DNA of 32,000 bases. Source: Methanothermus fervidus DSM 2088. GTDB taxonomy: Archaea > Methanobacteriota > Methanobacteria > DSM-2088 > Methanothermaceae. The notes beneath the pieces are model-generated. The model had not been told where the DNA came from, searched no databases, and was given only the letters and a program-made list of their open reading frames with translations. The stretch is taken from contig CP002278.1 in assembly GCA_000166095.1 (NCBI GenBank), forward strand, positions 1,170,001-1,202,000, written 5' to 3'. This document shows, piece after piece, positions 28,161-32,000 of this stretch; position 1 is the stretch's first letter, and every line of letters starts with the position of its first letter. The translations under genes were made by a program, and so were the position numbers.

Positions 28161-29123
28161 TTATATTTCCTCCACAATTTCAGGAGCAAAATGTGTGATT
28201 ATTAAATCTGCACCTGCACGTTTTATGGAAAGCAATGTTTCTATTATAACTTTATTAGAAAGATAATTTGCATCTATAGCGGCTTTTATCATTGAATATT
28301 CACCACTTACATTATATGCGGCAGTAGGTACTCCAAAAGTATCTTTAACAAGTCTAATAATATCAAGATAAGGTAAAGCAGGTTTTACCATTACGATGTC
28401 GGCGCCTTCATCAATATCTAATTTGACTTCCCTTAGAGCTTCTAAAGAGTTCGGTGGATCCATTTGGTAAGTACTTCTATCTCCAAATGCTGGAGATGAA
28501 TATACTGCTGATCTGAATGGTTCATAAAAAGATGACGCGTATTTTGCCGAATATGACATTATTATTACATCATCAAAACCATTTTTTTCTAATTCTTCCC
28601 TTATAGCCTTTACACGACCATCCATCATGTCTGATGGTGCAACAACGTCTGCACCAGCTTCAGCATGTGATAAAGCTACTTTAGATAAATATTTGAGAGT
28701 TTCATCGTTTACTATTTTTTTGTTTTTAACTATTCCGCAATGTCCATGTTCAGTATATTGACAAAGACATACATCGGTTATTACTACTAAGTCTGTCTCT
28801 TCTTTTAATAATTTTACAGATTTTTGGACAATGCCATTTGGGTCATAAGCGCTGGATCCATATTTATCTTTTTTTTTCGGAATTCCAAAAACTAATATAG
28901 CTTTTAATCCTTTTTCTTCTAGCTTTTTAGCCTCATCTATTAATTCATCGACAGAGTACCTATATTGTCCTGGCATTTTAGGAATTTTTTCCTTGGTTTT
29001 TATACCTTCTTTTACAAAAACAGGATATATCAAATCATCTTTGGATAAAGTAGTCTCTTTCACTAGAGACCTTATTTTAGAATTTTTTCTTAACCTTCTC
29101 ATCCGAGTGTATGGAAATTTCAT
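28161..29123 (-). CDS. hemB: porphobilinogen synthase (delta-aminolevulinate dehydratase), Zn-type
   Basis: 320 aa. It has RMRRLR near the N-terminus, the Cys-rich zinc site [14 protein letters not shown], and the Schiff-base lysines ([10 protein letters not shown] and ADIVMVKPA). Confidence 0.93.
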   Translation of the reverse strand: MKFPYTRMRRLRKNSKIRSLVKETTLSKDDLIYPVFVKEGIKTKEKIPKMPGQYRYSVDELIDEAKKLEEKGLKAILVFGIPKKKDKYGSSAYDPNGIVQKSVKLLKEETDLVVITDVCLCQYTEHGHCGIVKNKKIVNDETLKYLSKVALSHAEAGADVVAPSDMMDGRVKAIREELEKNGFDDVIIMSYSAKYASSFYEPFRSAVYSSPAFGDRSTYQMDPPNSLEALREVKLDIDEGADIVMVKPALPYLDIIRLVKDTFGVPTAAYNVSGEYSMIKAAIDANYLSNKVIIETLLSIKRAGADLIITHFAPEIVEEI

Positions 29124-29153
29124 TTTAATACACCTGATGAAGTCGTAGAAATA

Positions 29154-31151
29154 TCACCAAATATCAATAAACCCATATTCATTCCCTGTATATCTAGCTA
29201 TATACCTAAATTCTCCCCTTGGAGCTATGTATTTACTTATCTCCCTCATCTGTGGATTCAATCCCTCAATTTCATATTTTATTCTTAGATTTAATGGAAT
29301 TCTATATCTTGATGGATTTTTGACAATCATTGTTCCAGATACTGCATATTTAAATGGATATTTACCTAACTCTATTGTTTTTGTTTCATTTGGCTTTAGA
29401 GTTATTGTTAATTCTCTATAGCTGACTTTAGTTCCATTAACTGGATTTGTGTAGATTGAGATGTAATATTTTATGGTTATTGTTGATTTTCCTAAGTTTG
29501 TTAGGGTTATTGTGAAGGTTTTGTTTTGGATTGATGCTTGACTTACAGTTACTGTAACTGGTGTTAGGTTTCCTATTGTAACGTTGTAGGTTCCTGGTTG
29601 TGTTAAGGTGTAAGTGAAGTTTATGTTTATAGTAGTATGTGCTGGCACGAAAACAATTTTATTTGCCACGGCTTGTTTATTTATATATAAAATTGCTGTA
29701 TAGTTACTATCTACGTTAGAAGGATTATTCACTGCTGCATTCACAAATATTGTCAGTGGTACAGTGCCATGTTCTGGAGTAACTGTCAAATTGCTTAGTT
29801 TAAATTCTAAGCCTACAATTTTTCTTACTATATTGTTATTTATATTTGCATCTTTAATGCTTGTACCTATTAAATATTGGTTTTGAGTAGGAATTTCTAC
29901 AACTATCTCTGATCCAGGATTTACATCCCTTTGCCATATGATGGATTGAACTTCAGAAGGAGACAAAGGTCCTATTTCACCTACATATGTTTCATTGTTG
30001 TGTGTAATTTTAATCAAAACTTTGGCGTTAGGATCTATTTTTTTCATGTCGGCCTTTCCATTGTTTTTGACCATTGCCTTTATTTTTCCATCACATATTT
30101 CAATATCTTCAATTGTTAAATCAACAATTAATGGTTTGTAATCTAAATTAACTTTATTATATGTGTAGGGGATATCTCCAATTCCATCTCCATCGCTATC
30201 GTTCCCAAAATAATCTAACCAGTAATTACCTTCGTTAGTAGTGTTCCAATAGTTATTTAATAACTCACCATCTACAGCAATCGAATTATTTAAGAAATAA
30301 TTTTTGTATACATAATTTTTTATTCCCTGGATGGAGAGCCCATATTCACAATTTGTAATAGTATTTAAGCAAATTATATTGTTTGTACAGCCGGTTTTGA
30401 GTGATATTCCTTTATTGCACCCAGCTATATAATTATCAGAAATAGTACAGTTTCTTGCCCCTCCTGTTGCACCGAGATATATACCATTGAAGCTACATAA
30501 GAGAACAACATTTTTTTGGATAATACAGTTATTAGCACAATCAAGGGCAATTCCACATTTACATGATCTAATTATATTTTCAGATATTTCACAAGAATCA
30601 GTGGATCCACCTAATGTTCCTAAATGTATTCCCGCATATTTACATTTCATAATATTATTTCCAATTATCTTGTAATTTTTTGAAAATCCATAAGTAAATA
30701 TTCCTCCAATGATGGTATTATTTTCTATTTTCCAATCCCTTGTGGTTCCATTGATACATATACCACTTCCTGGTTCCTCAGCAGATGTATAAATTATGTT
30801 GTTCCGTATTACACAATTACTTGCATTTAACGCCATTATGGCATAAATACCATTCGTATTAATAATGAAACCTTCTATTGTTATATTATCTGTATTTATG
30901 TAAATAGTGGGAATTGATGGATCCTTAGCTATTATTTTTGCTTTCCCATCGCCTTCCAATGTTATAGATTTGTTAATAACAATGTTTTCACAATATTCTC
31001 CAGGCTTAACAAAAATAATATGCCCATCTTTTGTATCATAATCATCTATTGCAGACTGAATTGACGTAAATGTTTTGTTGTTATTTAGATTTACAACTTC
31101 TGCATGAGCTATAGAAGTTCCTAAAAAACAGATTAAAGCAATAATTAACAT
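29154..31151 (-). CDS. secreted surface protein with right-handed beta-helix (PbH1/NosD-like) repeats and C-terminal CARDB/Ig-like domains
   Basis: The track start at 31202 is TTG, only 7 nt from a TATA box. ATG 31149-31151 begins the signal peptide MLIIALICFLGTSIAHA and lies downstream of a GGAGGTG RBS, though the spacing is long (17 nt), so the start is uncertain. The repeats have the I.N/C.I...G-type form (NNIIYTS, NNTIIGG, GNNIMKC, ENIIRSC, KNVVLLC, DNYIAGC). Many sequons are present. Confidence 0.75.
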   Translation of the reverse strand: MLIIALICFLGTSIAHAEVVNLNNNKTFTSIQSAIDDYDTKDGHIIFVKPGEYCENIVINKSITLEGDGKAKIIAKDPSIPTIYINTDNITIEGFIINTNGIYAIMALNASNCVIRNNIIYTSAEEPGSGICINGTTRDWKIENNTIIGGIFTYGFSKNYKIIGNNIMKCKYAGIHLGTLGGSTDSCEISENIIRSCKCGIALDCANNCIIQKNVVLLCSFNGIYLGATGGARNCTISDNYIAGCNKGISLKTGCTNNIICLNTITNCEYGLSIQGIKNYVYKNYFLNNSIAVDGELLNNYWNTTNEGNYWLDYFGNDSDGDGIGDIPYTYNKVNLDYKPLIVDLTIEDIEICDGKIKAMVKNNGKADMKKIDPNAKVLIKITHNNETYVGEIGPLSPSEVQSIIWQRDVNPGSEIVVEIPTQNQYLIGTSIKDANINNNIVRKIVGLEFKLSNLTVTPEHGTVPLTIFVNAAVNNPSNVDSNYTAILYINKQAVANKIVFVPAHTTININFTYTLTQPGTYNVTIGNLTPVTVTVSQASIQNKTFTITLTNLGKSTITIKYYISIYTNPVNGTKVSYRELTITLKPNETKTIELGKYPFKYAVSGTMIVKNPSRYRIPLNLRIKYEIEGLNPQMREISKYIAPRGEFRYIARYTGNEYGFIDIW

Positions 31152-31270
31152 TATTTTTTTAATAGTTTCACCTCCAAATAAGTTTTGTTTAAATTTATAC
31201 AAGAAAACTTTATATATAACTTTCTTGAGATATATTCAAATAGTTTTGAAAATAGATAAATGGTGAGAAA

Positions 31271-32000
31271 ATGAAGGCAAAATCATTTTTAATAATACTT
31301 ACATTGATTATAGCTTTCATCATTAATATTTCACCAGTTTTAGGAATAGAAGTCAAAGGATCTGTGAAGGAAATTTATAATGAAACATCGGACACATACG
31401 TAACTTTAGAAAATGCAATACCTGTCAAAGATGCTAATATAACTTTAATAAAAGACAATGTTGTCCTAAATAAAACTACAACTGATAACAATGGGAAATA
31501 TTTAATAACAGCAAATGCTACTCCGCCCTTAATACTAAAAATAGAATATTCAACATATAAACCAGCGATATTTACTGTAAATAAAGATTGTGAAATAAAT
31601 CATGTTTTTATTCCAGATATTGTAATAATAGGTTGTCCAAAACCATTTGGAGTAGAATTAAGTAAGAGATTAATGTTTTATGATCCTTGGATGCCTGGAG
31701 CTGAAAAAGATTGTTGGATTTTAGAACATGCAAATTTTGCTTTTTTATACATGCAAACACCAGGTACCGGTCAGAAAGACTTTTGGATTCAATATCTTGG
31801 TAATAGTCCTGCTAATAAAACAGGACATATAGCTGCATATGCTGGAATGGGAGAAGAAAGGTATTTCAACATAATTGGGGGTAGTAAAAATTCACTAGAA
31901 AATACATATCTTGCCAGTTATTATGTTTTGGCATCTGGAAATGCTACAAAGATTAATTATGATAGAATGGTCAAATACATAAGTTATTTATTAAATGAAA
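31271..32000 (+). CDS. secreted protein, N-terminal fragment (continues beyond the window), with a carboxypeptidase-regulatory-like beta-sandwich domain
   Basis: It is absent from the ORF track because it is open-ended. I translated 31271-32000 by hand and found no stop. It has a GGTGAG RBS and the signal peptide MKAKSFLIILTLIIAFIINISPVLG. It then has GSVKE...PVKDANITLIKDN...TTTDNNGKYLI, a CarboxypepD_reg-like pattern. Confidence 0.65.
   Translation, partial: MKAKSFLIILTLIIAFIINISPVLGIEVKGSVKEIYNETSDTYVTLENAIPVKDANITLIKDNVVLNKTTTDNNGKYLITANATPPLILKIEYSTYKPAIFTVNKDCEINHVFIPDIVIIGCPKPFGVELSKRLMFYDPWMPGAEKDCWILEHANFAFLYMQTPGTGQKDFWIQYLGNSPANKTGHIAAYAGMGEERYFNIIGGSKNSLENTYLASYYVLASGNATKINYDRMVKYISYLLNE

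Noticed and set aside
31152-31202. TTG 31202 as the start of the PbH1 surface protein (adds MYKFKQNLFGGETIKKI)
   Set aside because: The TTG lies only 7 nt from the TATA box and has no RBS, while a GGAGGTG motif lies between it and ATG 31151. This is kept as an open possibility because the extension would give the signal peptide a more typical positively charged n-region.
1-32000. CRISPR arrays, transposons, toxin-antitoxin or other defence modules
   Set aside because: Reading both strands, I saw no regularly spaced direct repeats, no cas, transposase or integrase-like ORFs, and no small paired ORFs of TA type. The only selfish element is the atpA intein.

Overview
AT-rich, very gene-dense archaeal chromosome segment from a methanogen. 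Gene content (comB, a McrC-like methanogenesis marker 7 gene, MTH1187/DUF1922-type genes, hypF, PbH1 surface proteins) points to Methanobacteriales. RNA genes that are far more GC-rich than their surroundings, together with K/E/I-rich proteins, suggest a thermophile. The species cannot be fixed from the sequence alone. Most of the window is housekeeping. On the left is a gatB 3' end, then DUF504, CBS-ParB, hisE, larB, hypF and an ArsR-type regulator. A GC-rich RNA island on the minus strand follows (initiator tRNA-Met directly upstream of RNase P RNA). Next come a secreted repeat protein, a membrane GT2 glycosyltransferase, a THUMP-SPOUT protein, a DJ-1/PfpI protein and comB. A tightly overlapping five-gene plus-strand operon follows (unknown, mmp7, traB, DUF1922, GTPase), then a TtuA-like PP-loop ATPase and an MTH1187-like protein. 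The complete A1AO ATP synthase operon atpHIKECFABD spans 15768-25290, with one extra coupled ORF. On the right is a pheS / citG-like / hemB minus-strand operon and two divergent secreted-protein genes. The items not explained by the ORF track are: (1) a canonical C/D box sRNA at 9772-9824, antisense to the comB 3' end; (2) RNase P RNA and tRNA-iMet in tandem, apparently driven by a single TATA box; (3) a 356-aa intein splitting the Walker A motif of atpA, with degenerate LAGLIDADG motifs. I found no CRISPR array, transposase, integrase or recognisable defence system. The novelty candidates are uncharacterised fusions and operon associations and are rated accordingly. The ORF track translates GTG/TTG starts as M, so several starts were re-examined and moved.
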